Shown here one piece after another: positions 1 through 11,272 of a stretch of 64,000 bases of DNA (positions are counted from its first letter, which is position 1; each line of letters begins with the position of its first letter). Location: assembly GCA_038496445.1 (NCBI GenBank), contig JALMLS010000631.1, positions 145,388 through 209,387 of the forward strand, read 5' to 3'. A program made the translations under genes and the position numbers. The notes beneath the pieces are model-generated. The model was given only the letters and a program-made list of their open reading frames with translations, made no database searches and was not told where the DNA came from. This DNA comes from Trichosphaerium sp. ATCC 40318 (lineage: Eukaryota > Protista > Tubulinea).

Positions 1-61
1 TCGTAGTTTATTACAAAAGAACTTTCATCTATCGAAAAATGTTCGCCTGTAGGGTTCATAT

Positions 62-2649
62 CTACTGGTTTAGGCCAAACCGTCTATTAATTTTGGTTTT
101 AGTGATTGTTGCATTGATTTCAAGGAAAAAACAAACCTGGCCAAGCGTCAAAGCCACAAAAGCCAACAGTAATAGCGCTTTTACGCTAAATCCACACGAC
201 ATGCGGAGTGTATACCGTTTTTTAGAAAAGTAGAGGTAAAGCTCCGCTAGAAATTCAAGTTTTTTCCTTGGTTTTGTTGAAAGCATGCGTGTACTCCGTT
301 TTTGGAAAGAAATGACTTTCGACGCATTAAAATCTATAGTCTTGTTCTCTCGTGGTAATAAAGAGCGAATCTACAAACTAATTTGTGACACCTTTATACA
401 AAAACTACAAACAATTTTATTCGTGAGAATGCCCAGTCTTTTTCAATTGTACTGACATGGCCTGTGAAGAAAACTGGTTAGTACTAAAGCGAAAAAGTTG
501 TTTGGTGCACAAAAAGACGAATACCATCAATATAATTACATACTTGTTTTGATATCATAGCCATCATGTTAGGTACAACTTTTGGCATGCTCATCGACTC
601 TGTCTCAGCTGGTGCACTTTGTGATCTCTCAATATCTTTTTCTTGTACTGGTTTACCTTGTTCACGCCTCTATTATGGCGTTGATTAATTACTACGACAA
701 GTTGACAACAAGATCGTTTACCTTGAGTTTGCCTTGAGCAATCATTTTTTCTCTTTTTTTGTGTAACCTACTTGCTGGCCTTCTAGACTTTGGTCTTCTC
801 TTTCTAAGAGATGTATAATTTCTACTCTTTTTTGAAAGCTTCGTAGGAGCCTTTAGCATTGCGCTTGATCTCTTGTAACTCAAATCTGATAGCAATGATT
901 GTGCTACACAAATAGTCAACTCAAAAGCTCCAAGGTTCAATTTAACGTACAAGCTGTGCTCGATTCTTCTGGGTCTGAGTCATCTTCGATATCGTTTGTT
1001 TTATCTAGTTGTACATTATCGTCAAGTGATACAATTGAGGTATCTTCTTGTTGGTTATTTTCTACTAAGTCTTCTTTTGGTTCTGGTTGTTTAACAATAA
1101 CGTCTGTCTTATTTACAGCGTTGTTGTAGTCTTCTTCCGATGCTTCCGAGTTTTCAAGCTCCACTTCGGGTTCTACTGCAGGTTCTAGCATAGGTTCTTC
1201 CTCTACCGTGGGTTCTTCAACTTCAGGTTCTGCGACTTTAGGTTCCTCTATTTCCGGTGTATAATCTAATTCTTCTGATTCCTCGAGTTGTACTTCAGGT
1301 TCTAGTGTAGGTTCTTCCTCCACTGTGGGTTCTTCAACTTCAGGTTCTACCTCTACTTCAGGTTCTAGCATAGGTTCTTCCTCCACTGTGGGTTCTTCAA
1401 CTACAGGCTCTACCGCTGCTTCAGGTTCTTCTACTTCAGGCTCTACTTCAGGTTCTACCTCTACTTCAGGTTCTAGCATAGGTTCTTCCTCCACTGTGGG
1501 TTCTTCAACTTCAGGTTCTACCTCTGGTTCAGGCTCTTCTAGTTCAGGTTCTTCGAATTCGGGTTCTTCTATCTCTGGCGTATCAGCTACTAAGATATTC
1601 TCCTTGTCAACATCATCAGATCCAGTAATATTTTCTTCAGATGGTTTGCTGACAACAATTGAAATATCTCGCCTTTCTTCCGTGGGTGTATTAATAAATA
1701 CTGAATCACCTGCCGGTGTACTAACAATTACTGATTGACTAGTCGTAGGAGAGAAAGGAGACGTCTGAATAAATACAGACGACTCACTATCTTCATCACT
1801 GTAATCGGTATTGATAACATTCTGTATGCTCTTATGAGATAAACTCTCGCTTTCGTGAGTGTCTACTCTATATGGTTCAATAAGATCCTTTTGTCTTTGT
1901 AGTATGCCTATGCTACTTGATTGAGGCATTTCAATGCGTATAGTCTCCTCACTAGATGATAGAGACTTGTTTGATTCGAGCTTCTCGCTGCTACGCTTTT
2001 TAGAAAGCAGATCAAGTTGCCCTGAAGAACTCTTTGTAGGAGCTTTAATGCTAGGTTCATTGGAAAGACTCAGACTTAGTGAGATGTCTTTTGATGCTGT
2101 AACATCTGTAAAATCGTCTGTGGTTGTAACAGTGTGCACGGCTAATACTTGTGCGCTTGCTTCGTATTCGATCGCAGTACTGTCATTTGACACGGCGGAA
2201 TTTTGAGTATTCTTTTCATTGTTTTGTGGTTTTGGAGTCGGTGGCGAACTGTCTTGCGATAGGGAGGGCGGTCTGGATAAAGTTAGTATAAATTAACACT
2301 AATAAAGCTTGATGTACCTGTAAGAAGTTCCTACGCTATTTGAAGAGAAGTCATTAACTTCTAAAGGTGTATCAATGAGTTTGGGTGAACAGGAATAAAT
2401 GTGCAAATGATCGCGACTATTTAGGCGTCCTGTACCTTTCAACGCTTTACCGTCATAATTAACGTGCTGTTTTTGCTTTCTGCGTGTAATGTCAGGTCAG
2501 TTATGCATTAATTAACGTACTCATTCAGTAGCGGTGTATTGCCTTCAATAGGGCGCCCTAACACAAATTAACAAAAAACATACAAAACTTTCGAACGCGA
2601 ATACTAACAAAGATTCCGTACCCTTTTCTTGTGAGCAGCAACTGCCCAT
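62..2649 (-). CDS. Multi-exon hypothetical protein: MGSCCS N-terminus, long Glu/Pro/Val-rich repeat region, basic segment and C-terminal hydrophobic helix
   Basis: ATG GGC AGT TGC TGC at 2649, directly after a tttttag acceptor. Large exon 937-2193 (EPEVEEPTVEEEP repeats). Downstream exons RKRRPKSRRPASRLHKKREK and KALLLLAFVALTLGQVCFFL ending at TAG 62. Joining all exons into one gene is inferred. Confidence 0.55.
1150..1570 (-). repeat. Coding tandem repeat, about 4 copies of EPEVEEPTVEEEP(M/T)LEP plus EPEV units
   Basis: Near-identical nucleotide blocks (ggttcttcctccactgtgggttcttcaact...) at ~1192, ~1310, ~1373 and ~1481. Confidence 0.9.
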
Positions 2650-2782
2650 CTAAAAAATTCACTATCCACGGGGAAAAGGTAAGTTTCTCCTTTGGCGTTG
2701 TTTGGTCGCTTAGTTGTTGTACTGTTAAGATTATCAGAAATCTTGTTAAAATTCATAATTTCATTAAATATCAAAATACACA

Positions 2783-5285
2783 ATGAAACGGGCAGCAGAA
2801 GGCACTGCGGAGTTAGATGGCGACAGAGCCAAAAAGCAAAAGGTTGAAGGAAAGGCTGAAGAAACAGAAGTAAAGGATACTGCTATTAAAGACGTCCCTG
2901 CACCGAATGTACGCGTAAAATGAAGAAAATAGAGATTCTAACTTCGTAATTAGATGCCTAGAAAGAATCTGTCTAAGAAGCGTAAAAGCATGAAGAATTT
3001 CTACAAGGAGCAAACGAAACTCCTAACAGCAAAACACAAAGTACTTTTAAATTTTAACTACGCTAAATAGCCTCTAGTATTGTAAGGCAATGATAGCAAA
3101 GGGAAGCTGCAAATTTCTAGAGTACGCAACAAATAAAAACTTGTAAGTACCGTACTCACGTTAAAAAGAACCTGTAAATACGATCACGATATGGAAGGCT
3201 TTCTGGCAACAAAACCAGCCGATATTGGAGACAAATGCTTTTCTTATGACAAGTATGGCATGTACGTAAACTGGATAACCCTCGTTCTTTTGCTTAGTTA
3301 TTTTTAAAGCTGTCGTTTCGGTTTGGGTTGTAGATTTGGTGCGAGCCACATTAAGGGTACAGAAGTTATTGTAAAGCCTGACGTACGCGAAATATGGCTT
3401 TATTTATGATTCTAACCACAACAACAGGCAAAAGAACTTAACTCTGATATTGACAATTTCCCTGACAAGCGTGTGATTACGCGAGTCCGAAAGTTGAAAC
3501 AAAAGAACTTCAAAGCAGCGAAAATGATACAGGTACATAATTCTGCTTATGACACTTTGATTTTTGTACATGGCAACAAAATCACTACAACTTGCCTAGA
3601 CTTATTATTATTGATGTCTAACTGTTGTATTTTGAAAAGAAAATAGAAGGTACACCAATGCCTTTAGCTTCTGGATGGTTTGCTAATCTTGGTATCGAGC
3701 CGCGAAATAAAAAAGAAGTAAGCACAAATTACTTTTTTTGTATTTAATCTATTTTTATGTATATTGACATTTGTTTTACAAGGTCGACTTTAAGAACAAA
3801 CTCATTCTCGCACCTTTAACTACTGTTGGAAATCTACCTTTCCGTGTTATTTGTAAGCAATGGGGAGCAGATATAACAGTATCAGGTACAGTTGGCGAAG
3901 AAAAAAAGCATTCTACTTTTGTGCTCCAAATGTTGACAGATTTCTTTAGAAATGGCAGTTGCTAGTGAAATTTTAAAAGGAAAAATGAGCGAATGGACTC
4001 TATTAAAGCGACATAAATCTGAAGACGTATTCGGCGTTCAATTATGTGGTAACAGAGTTGGTGTAATGACACGTTGTGTTGAAGTCTTAAATGAAAATAC
4101 AAGCATGGATTTTATTGATATAAACGCTGGATGTCCTATAGACTTAGTGTTCAACAAAGGCCAGGGATGTGGTCTGTTACAACGCGTATCTCGTTTAGAA
4201 AAAGGCACGTGATTAAAGCACTAACTAGTACTTTTTTGGATTTTCTTTCAGAAAGTAGCTTTGCTCACTTTTATGTCCAGTTGTGCGTAGTATGGCTGCT
4301 GTATCTACAGTACCTATTACTCTAAAGACAAGAACTGGTATTTACGCAAAGAAACGTGATGTTATAACCAAATTATTCCCAAAAGTTGCTGATTGGGGAA
4401 TATCAGCTGTATGTCTTCACGGTATGTTTGTAAACATTCATTAGTACTTTTTTTTTTGATACCTTCATAGGTCGTACCAGATTTCAGAGATACTCCGGAC
4501 TAGCTGATTGGAACTACATCAACGAGTGTACGAGAGTTACTGAGCTTCCTTTTATTGGTAATGGTGATATCTGGAGCTGGGAAGAGGCGCGTTAATATAA
4601 AAACCTACTCAAATTGTGTCTGATTATTTTAGGCTGTCGAGAAGTTAGATGGCGGTGTTGCTTCACTCATGTTGGCTCGTGGTGCTATTATTAAACCATG
4701 GCTATTTACAGAGATTAAAGAAAGACGACACATCGACATGTCATCAAGCCAGAGATTTGAATTGATAAAAGAATACACAAACCAAGGTCTATACTATTGG
4801 GGCAGCGATTCTCATGGTGTAGAACGTACACGCTACTTTTTGCTGAATTGGTATGTTACGCTCGAATTAATAGTCCGTTTTTAATATAAAATAGGCTATC
4901 TTTCCTCTGTAGATACCCTCCTGTGGCCTTATATGGTACGCTGTTATTCTGGAATGATACAATGAGTTTTTGTTTTGTTTTTTGATTCTCATGGTGATAT
5001 AGAGCGTTTCCCTAAAATGAATGAAGCTCCACCATCAGATATTGTATACAGAGATGATTTAGAAACACTTATGGCTTCTCATTCTATTGAAGACTGGATA
5101 AAACTGTCCGAAATGAGTACGTCTTATTTCTTTTCTACAAATTTTATTTTTTTGTACACATTGCTAATAAGTTTTTTTTAGCACTTGGACCTGTTCCAGA
5201 GGGATTTAGTTTCCAAGCAAAGCATAAAGCCAAGTCTTATGATGCAAAGATTAAAAATGAGTCTGTTGCAACAGAATGGGGTTAG
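2783..5285 (+). CDS. DUS3L: tRNA-dihydrouridine(47) synthase 3-like
   Basis: Exons give [102 protein letters not shown] and [11 protein letters not shown]-terminal Cys/His zinc-finger remnants. Stop TAG at 5283-5285. Confidence 0.93.
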
Positions 5286-5308
5286 GCTAGATAACCTTTT
5301 AACTGCAC

Positions 5309-6215
5309 TTAGTAAAGCCATCCCAAAATACTAAACAGCGTGGCAATGTCATCATTAGTTTCGTTGACTATGGGCGGCTGTGATTCTACAACTGTTGTAT
5401 TACTTCGTGTTGTATTTGTTTGTAATGAATTTAATTCTTGATTTGATGTAAGACGTTTTATTGTCTCTTTGTCTTCTCTTGCTTCTTGTTTTAGTTTGTA
5501 AATCTAGATTTCGTAAGTTTTGGTTGTTTTGTTCGTTGTTGTCTCTGGTGGAACGTTTTGTTTTAAGATTCATACTTGGTTTCTGAATTTCTTCATTGCA
5601 ACTCTGCGCTTATGTGTTACATATCGTAATTGTTGTTGGTGGATTTCGAAGTCGAGGCTTCTTTGACCTTTCGCCTGCAAAAAAAAACATTAATAAACGT
5701 GATTAATTATTTTTGGTGCGTACCGCTTGAATTTGTTTTCTTAGTGATGTGACTATAGAAAAATACTCCCTAGAGATATTTCTGGTTTGTTCTATTAAAC
5801 CTTCAAGAAGAATGACTCGCCGACGAAGTGTTTTTTGAATTGAAGTTGTGGCAGTATCTAGATAGATTATTAATCACAACAACTATACGGTAACCACTAC
5901 ACCACTAATAGCTAACTGTACCTTGTACTATTAGTATAGAAAAACTGCATACAAGCAATAAAAACGCCAACGAAATTTGTCTAAAAAGTTGTCAGTATTT
6001 CTTTGATTGAGAGTAGAATTCCCAACGTACGCTATTGTTGTCTTTGGGTGTTTCAACAGTGCCCATTCTTCATAATAATGAAGTATTATTGCTTGGCACG
6101 CGTAATCAATGCAGTTAATCGATATTGTAGGCTTACAGACGCTACAAATATCGTGTGCGTAAGGGTTTGGGAATAGCCAGCGCGTTGTTTTAGGATGATT
6201 GGTTGTTTTTGGCAT
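5309..6215 (-). CDS. Hypothetical protein with a central coiled-coil region (multi-exon)
   Basis: ATG at 6215 (MPKTTNHP...), coiled-coil-like exons at 5570-5860, last exon ...DIATLFSILGWLY* ending at 5309. No recognised domain. Confidence 0.5.
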
Positions 6216-6565
6216 AGTGCGTTGATGAGTTGCTACAAGCGTTGTGGTAAATAAATTTGATAGATACGAGATGTGGATTATCAATCTCGAGGAGTTACAC
6301 TATTTTTGGCCTCAAGCACCTCACAATGTAATACACTTCATAATAGTATCGTTCTACCAGCTCATCAGCGGTACTTGGGTTCTAATACCCCTTGTCACGT
6401 TCTAATAGACCTTGTCACGGTAACGATGCTTGAAAATAACATAGATGCGTTCTAAGCGCCAACAGGCGAACTAAGCAACACGTGGTGGTCAACCGCTACC
6501 AGCGCTAGTATTATGAAGTGGGGTTTTGAAAGGGTTAAGGAACCCCAGCCTCATTAGTAATTAAC

Positions 6566-7320
6566 ATGGCAAGAGTGACAAGGGTACCAGCGATGTCTTT
6601 TTCACTAAAAGCTCTTATCCTTACAATAATCTAGGCATTATCACATGCAGTAACACGACGAATACGTCTCAAGAGCAAACAAACCTCAAAGAGAGCAAGG
6701 GATGGCGTTAGTGTCCGGTTTACGCACGACAGCGATACACCCGACATGATAATAATACCTGCCCCTATATTACATGCTCCTGACCCTCTTACAAGTATGT
6801 TTTAATAATACAAGTTTTTCTGTAATCTTTTTTTTTTTTTGGGTAACATGTTTACCATTAGACTCTGATGTATTCCTGAGAATGCTAAACAAAGCGGAGG
6901 CTGAAGCAAAAGTACGTTATTAGTAAACGGTATTTGAGTCCAATTTTCTAACAACGGTACTTCGTGCAGGCGTGTGAACCTGTTGTAGATCCGCGCGGAA
7001 AATTCGTGGAGGCGGACCCAAGTGTACAGTTTAGGCCAAGAGCCGGGCTAAGCCTGTCTGGTTACAGAAAACCAGGCATTAGGTCCGCTCCACTATCAAC
7101 ACTAAAAAGCCCTTGGTACGTGCAATAATAGTTTTAAAAACCTCGAACAAATCACGTGTGAAATGTGGTTTTAAAAAAGTATTGTAGTTTTTTAACTTTA
7201 TCGTTTCAGGCGGTGCGCAAAAGCAACAGCCTTGCGGCGTTCAGAACCACGAACCAATAATAGCAGAACTCGCTTTCTTATAGCAAAAACTCGGAGAAAA
7301 GAACGCACCTAACGGTAGAA
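6566..7320 (+). CDS. Possible small hypothetical multi-exon protein
   Basis: ATG at 6566, open exons flanked by canonical gtac/gtat...ag sites (e.g. 6635-6794, 6971-7116). No recognisable motif; 3' end uncertain. Confidence 0.3.
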
Positions 7321-7613
7321 GCGTAGAAACGGGGAAAAAAAGAAAACCTATTATCTTCTAAAGCGCTAGTCTTCGCGTATTTTAGGGCTAGTAAAATTGA
7401 ATAATACTAGAAGTAAAACTGTACAGAATAAATACGACGAATTATGACATTTTTGAAGAATTCTGCCACTAGGCGCTAAGAATTCAACAGGCAATTCAGA
7501 ATTCTTCCCTTCTTTACTTTCTTTGACTTGTCAAAGTTTTAAACGGCTCTCAATGGCTTGAAATGAACTGATACTTTTGTAAGAGTATTCCCGTTGCTTG
7601 GTGTGTATGATTG

Positions 7614-8214
7614 ATGGCAAATCAAAACTTTTTACAGGCTTGCAAGACGAAAAAAGATGTTGACACCGCAATTCGGATTAATATCGATAAAGTGGTAGTT
7701 TTAAGGTACACTCGCGTAATTTTCAGCAACACTAACCGAAATTCAAGATTTGGCAAAGCGAATACTATCGAAACCATGATGCAAGACGAAGTTGTGCGTA
7801 GAAAGCGATATTTCTAACAGTTTGAAGCTAAAATGCGAATAGCTACGCAAAAGCGAGAAACTTATCTCAAAAATGGCATGTGTATTCGCAGTAGACATAG
7901 ATGACGTACCTATTTACGTTGAATACTTTGATATTTCTCTGATTCCAGCTACTTTATTCTTTTTCAACGCTCAGCACATGAAAGTAGACTTCAGGTACGC
8001 AAAATACGATAAATCGTTAGAACAACATCAAGTCTAACACTTAAAAAGCACACCTGATCACACAAAATGGATAGGAGCATTCAAGACTAAGCAAGATTTT
8101 ATAGACTTGGTAGAAACTATTTATCGAGGTGCAATGAAAGGCAAATATATTGTTCCTAGCCCCATACCAAGGGATCGTGTACCTAAGTATAGTCTGCTAT
8201 ACAAGGGTATATAG
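7614..8214 (+). CDS. TXNL4B: Thioredoxin-like protein 4B (Dim2)
   Basis: Spliced product [17 protein letters not shown]...[10 protein letters not shown]...[60 protein letters not shown]...PKY.LLY matches the Dim2 paralogue (HMKVD, PDHTK) rather than Dim1. Confidence 0.9.
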
Positions 8215-8812
8215 CCACGATGTGATGCTTCGACATCACAGCACCTTGTACAGGTGTTGAAGGAGGCTTCTGTTCACCCTGACGTCAAGGATGGCATACA
8301 AACAAAATAATATTTTAAACATACGAACTTAGTGTACGTCCTAATCAATACTTTTCTATGTATCTTTGAACGTAACTGAATGCTCGTAGTTCAGTTCAGT
8401 GGACAACACCCGGGTCAAAAACTCACCATGAAGTGTATGAGCATAATAAAACTCAATTTTCTTTACGCTTAAAACGACCTTTAAAGTACTATCGAATAGG
8501 CGAACAAGATTGCACGATCTAACCCTGTTGCAGAAAAATAGTAATTTACCTTCCTGAATTTTTGATTTCAAAGAATGGCGGAAAAGTAGTTTATTTTTGT
8601 AGGTTGCAACTTGGAAACTCCAAATTATGACTGGGTGACATACAAATATGTCGAACTATGATTACTGTCAACGTGGCTTTTTTTTTGTTGAACTTGTGTC
8701 ACACACAAATATATTCCAAAACCCCAAACAATTTGGTTAATATTATTGCCGACGTTGATTACTTTATTCGTCTATCAACATACATAAAGCAACATCTCCG
8801 TCAATATTAACA

Positions 8813-9937
8813 ATGAAAGTAACACTATCAACAACCACACCACGTGCTAAATGTTCTGTTTTCTTCAATACGAAACCTCATATTGCATGTGCTTTAAAAG
8901 ACGGACAAGTTGAAATATGGAATTGTGAAACTAAAACAAAGATTAAGGCATGGAAACCTTTGCAATCTGGTACCACACATATTTGTTTCCGTGTAAATCT
9001 AATCACAAAATAGATCAACCGTTACGCACTATTGCTATAACAAGTGATGATAAGTTCCTAGCCACTGCTGGCGACGAAAAAACGTAACTTTCCATTTTGC
9101 TACAATGTGTCTAACTATTGTCAACAGGATAGTTGTTTATGACATGGACACTGAAAAGTGTGTTGCAACGTTGCAAGGCCATACAGATTTTGTACGCACA
9201 ATCAGATTCTCATCTGACGATTCTATGATACTATCAGCAAGCGATGACTTTACCATAAAGTTGTGGGATTGGAAAAAGCAATCTGCCTTATGTACTGTTT
9301 AAGAACTTGTAATTTGTATTTTATGTTATTAATTTCTTTAAAGGTAGCTCAGTGGTTCACTCTCACTACGTCATGTGCGCTGTATTTAGCCCTGATGAAA
9401 AGTACGTCGCTTCAGCTTCGTTGGACAAGACTGTAAAGGTGTGGGCAGTAGCTGATTGTGCGTGTAACCAAAACTTATTGCCAACTAACCTTCGGTACAG
9501 TATTGAAAAATACCAATCCTTCACCAATACAAGTTCTCGAAGGTCACCAAAAAGGTGTAAACTGCGTTTCCTGGGATGGAGATCATATTGTTTCAGGTTC
9601 TGATGATCATTCAATAGCCGTATGGAACGGTTTAAAGGTAACACAAACAGAAATCGAAAATTAACTAACGGCGTTTAAGGGAGAAAGACTTTCGAGCATT
9701 GACCAAGCTCATGATGCCAACGTATGTTGTGTCTTAAAGCACAACAATTTTATCATATCATGTGGTGAAGACAACAAGTTATATGTATGGGACCTTAAAT
9801 CTGGAGCGAAGAAATCTAGCTATTCTTCTGATGATAGCAGATATTGGTGGGTGTCCTACAATAGCTCTTCAAACTTGATTGCAGCATGTCATGATAAGGG
9901 GCTTCAACTGTTTGTATCTGAGCAAAAAAGTGATTAA
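8813..9937 (+). CDS. Stand-alone WD40 propeller homologous to the N-terminal propeller of coatomer alpha/beta' (~300 aa)
   Basis: PRAKC..F, GQVEIWN, PLRTI, GHTDFVRTI, ILSASDDFTIKLWDW, HSHYVMCAVF, SASLDKTVKVW, LEGHQKGVN, IVSGSDD, SRYW, NLIAACHDKG occur in the same order as in alpha-COP residues ~1-320. Stop TAA at 9935-9937. Confidence 0.8.
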
Positions 9938-10232
9938 AACAACCACTTCTAACCTCACTATTTTCGCACATTGTCCATATTCACTTACAGCTGCTCCTTA
10001 ACTTTTGTATTTTTTTTGAGTGTTATCCTATCAGCTGGTTACTTCCACTGTTAAATTGGACAATGAATCTGACCACCCACAAAGCGACACTGTGTATTTA
10101 ACAAAATGTGAGAAAACGCAATAGACTCAAATTGTCCTTTTATCATCATCACTCGGACACGTTTGTCATACATAATTTTAGTTCTTCATTGGATGCGATA
10201 TTTATTGTGAACATATTAAAAGTGCTTCCAGT

Positions 10233-11129
10233 TCACATGACAAGGTGGTTATAAGCATTGAAAAGCAGCGATGATGTATATACATTAAGAAAAACACGAT
10301 CAATAAAGTGTGTCAACAGGGGCGAGGGAGCTATTATTGCAATCACTGTAACTATCCGCCACCACCACGTCTTCCCTGCAACACTGTAGAATACTTTTTT
10401 TTCCAAATACAAATACACTGGTTGAATAACAAAATAGACAAGAGCAGGAAGACCAAACCAAAAATCATAATTTTTTGCCAACTGAAATGGTACTACATGT
10501 GTCACACCTGACCAAAAGAAAACACCCCAAACACCTCCAATGGGGTAAGCTATCTTTCTAAACATACGTGCAAAAGAAAGGTTCCATCTCTTAGACCAGA
10601 ATTCAGTCACTGACTTGCTTAAAACAGGATTGTCGAAATGTGGAAAGTTTTCTTTTCTATTACAGGCCAGAGCCATGCCTATGTCAAATAGTTTATATAA
10701 AATCTCTTCCGACGCATATATAATAGGCCCAGTAGTAATATAGAGTGAAACAGACGAGTGCCTCCTGAGTAGAATTACAATATCAAGAATAAATAGCCAG
10801 AACGCCAATAATACGCTTCTAGATATCAAAAACCGCGTTTTCGACTGTACTAAAGGCGTTGCGTAGTCATCTGGATCAAATGGCAGTAGCAATCGTAGCC
10901 ATAGCGCAAGTGGCGACTTTAGGTCTTTGTTTAGCGTTAGACGTTGTATTGCAGTTAAAAAATATACGCCCATCACAAAACGCTCCGCAATAGTGTCAAA
11001 CAACGTAGGAATAGCGAATAAAACACCGGAGAGCAACAATCGTGCAAATAACCATGCACCAGTTGCATTTACCAAAGAAGCGATCAGAGTACTACCAAGT
11101 ATCACTGATGTCCCGTAAAATGCCTCCAT
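10233..11129 (-). CDS. MBOAT family (wax-synthase-like, MBOAT_2) membrane-bound O-acyltransferase, intronless
   Basis: PHFDNPVLSKSVTEFWSKRWN...F.WSGVTH motif with the catalytic His; multiple TM segments; single 298-aa ORF. Confidence 0.85.
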   Translation of the reverse strand: MEAFYGTSVILGSTLIASLVNATGAWLFARLLLSGVLFAIPTLFDTIAERFVMGVYFLTAIQRLTLNKDLKSPLALWLRLLLPFDPDDYATPLVQSKTRFLISRSVLLAFWLFILDIVILLRRHSSVSLYITTGPIIYASEEILYKLFDIGMALACNRKENFPHFDNPVLSKSVTEFWSKRWNLSFARMFRKIAYPIGGVWGVFFWSGVTHVVPFQLAKNYDFWFGLPALVYFVIQPVYLYLEKKVFYSVAGKTWWWRIVTVIAIIAPSPLLTHFIDRVFLNVYTSSLLFNAYNHLVM

Positions 11130-11272
11130 TACTGTTCAATAGTTATTGAATTACAAACGAACACAATTGAGATGAAATGAGAACAATTCACTATTTTTAC
11201 AGTTGAGGTTCACGTGATCAAGATGGAAATTAGGAGGTTTTTGAAACTTTTTCTATCATTTGAAAAAATTGT

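Noticed and set aside
1150-1570. Regularly spaced direct repeats as a possible CRISPR array
   Set aside because: They are in-frame coding repeats without unique spacers, in a eukaryotic gene, with no cas genes nearby.
1325-1738. 137-aa Ser/Thr/Gly-rich ORF on + strand (also 899-1129 and 1934-2206)
   Set aside because: Antisense shadow of the Glu/Pro repeat exon on the minus strand.
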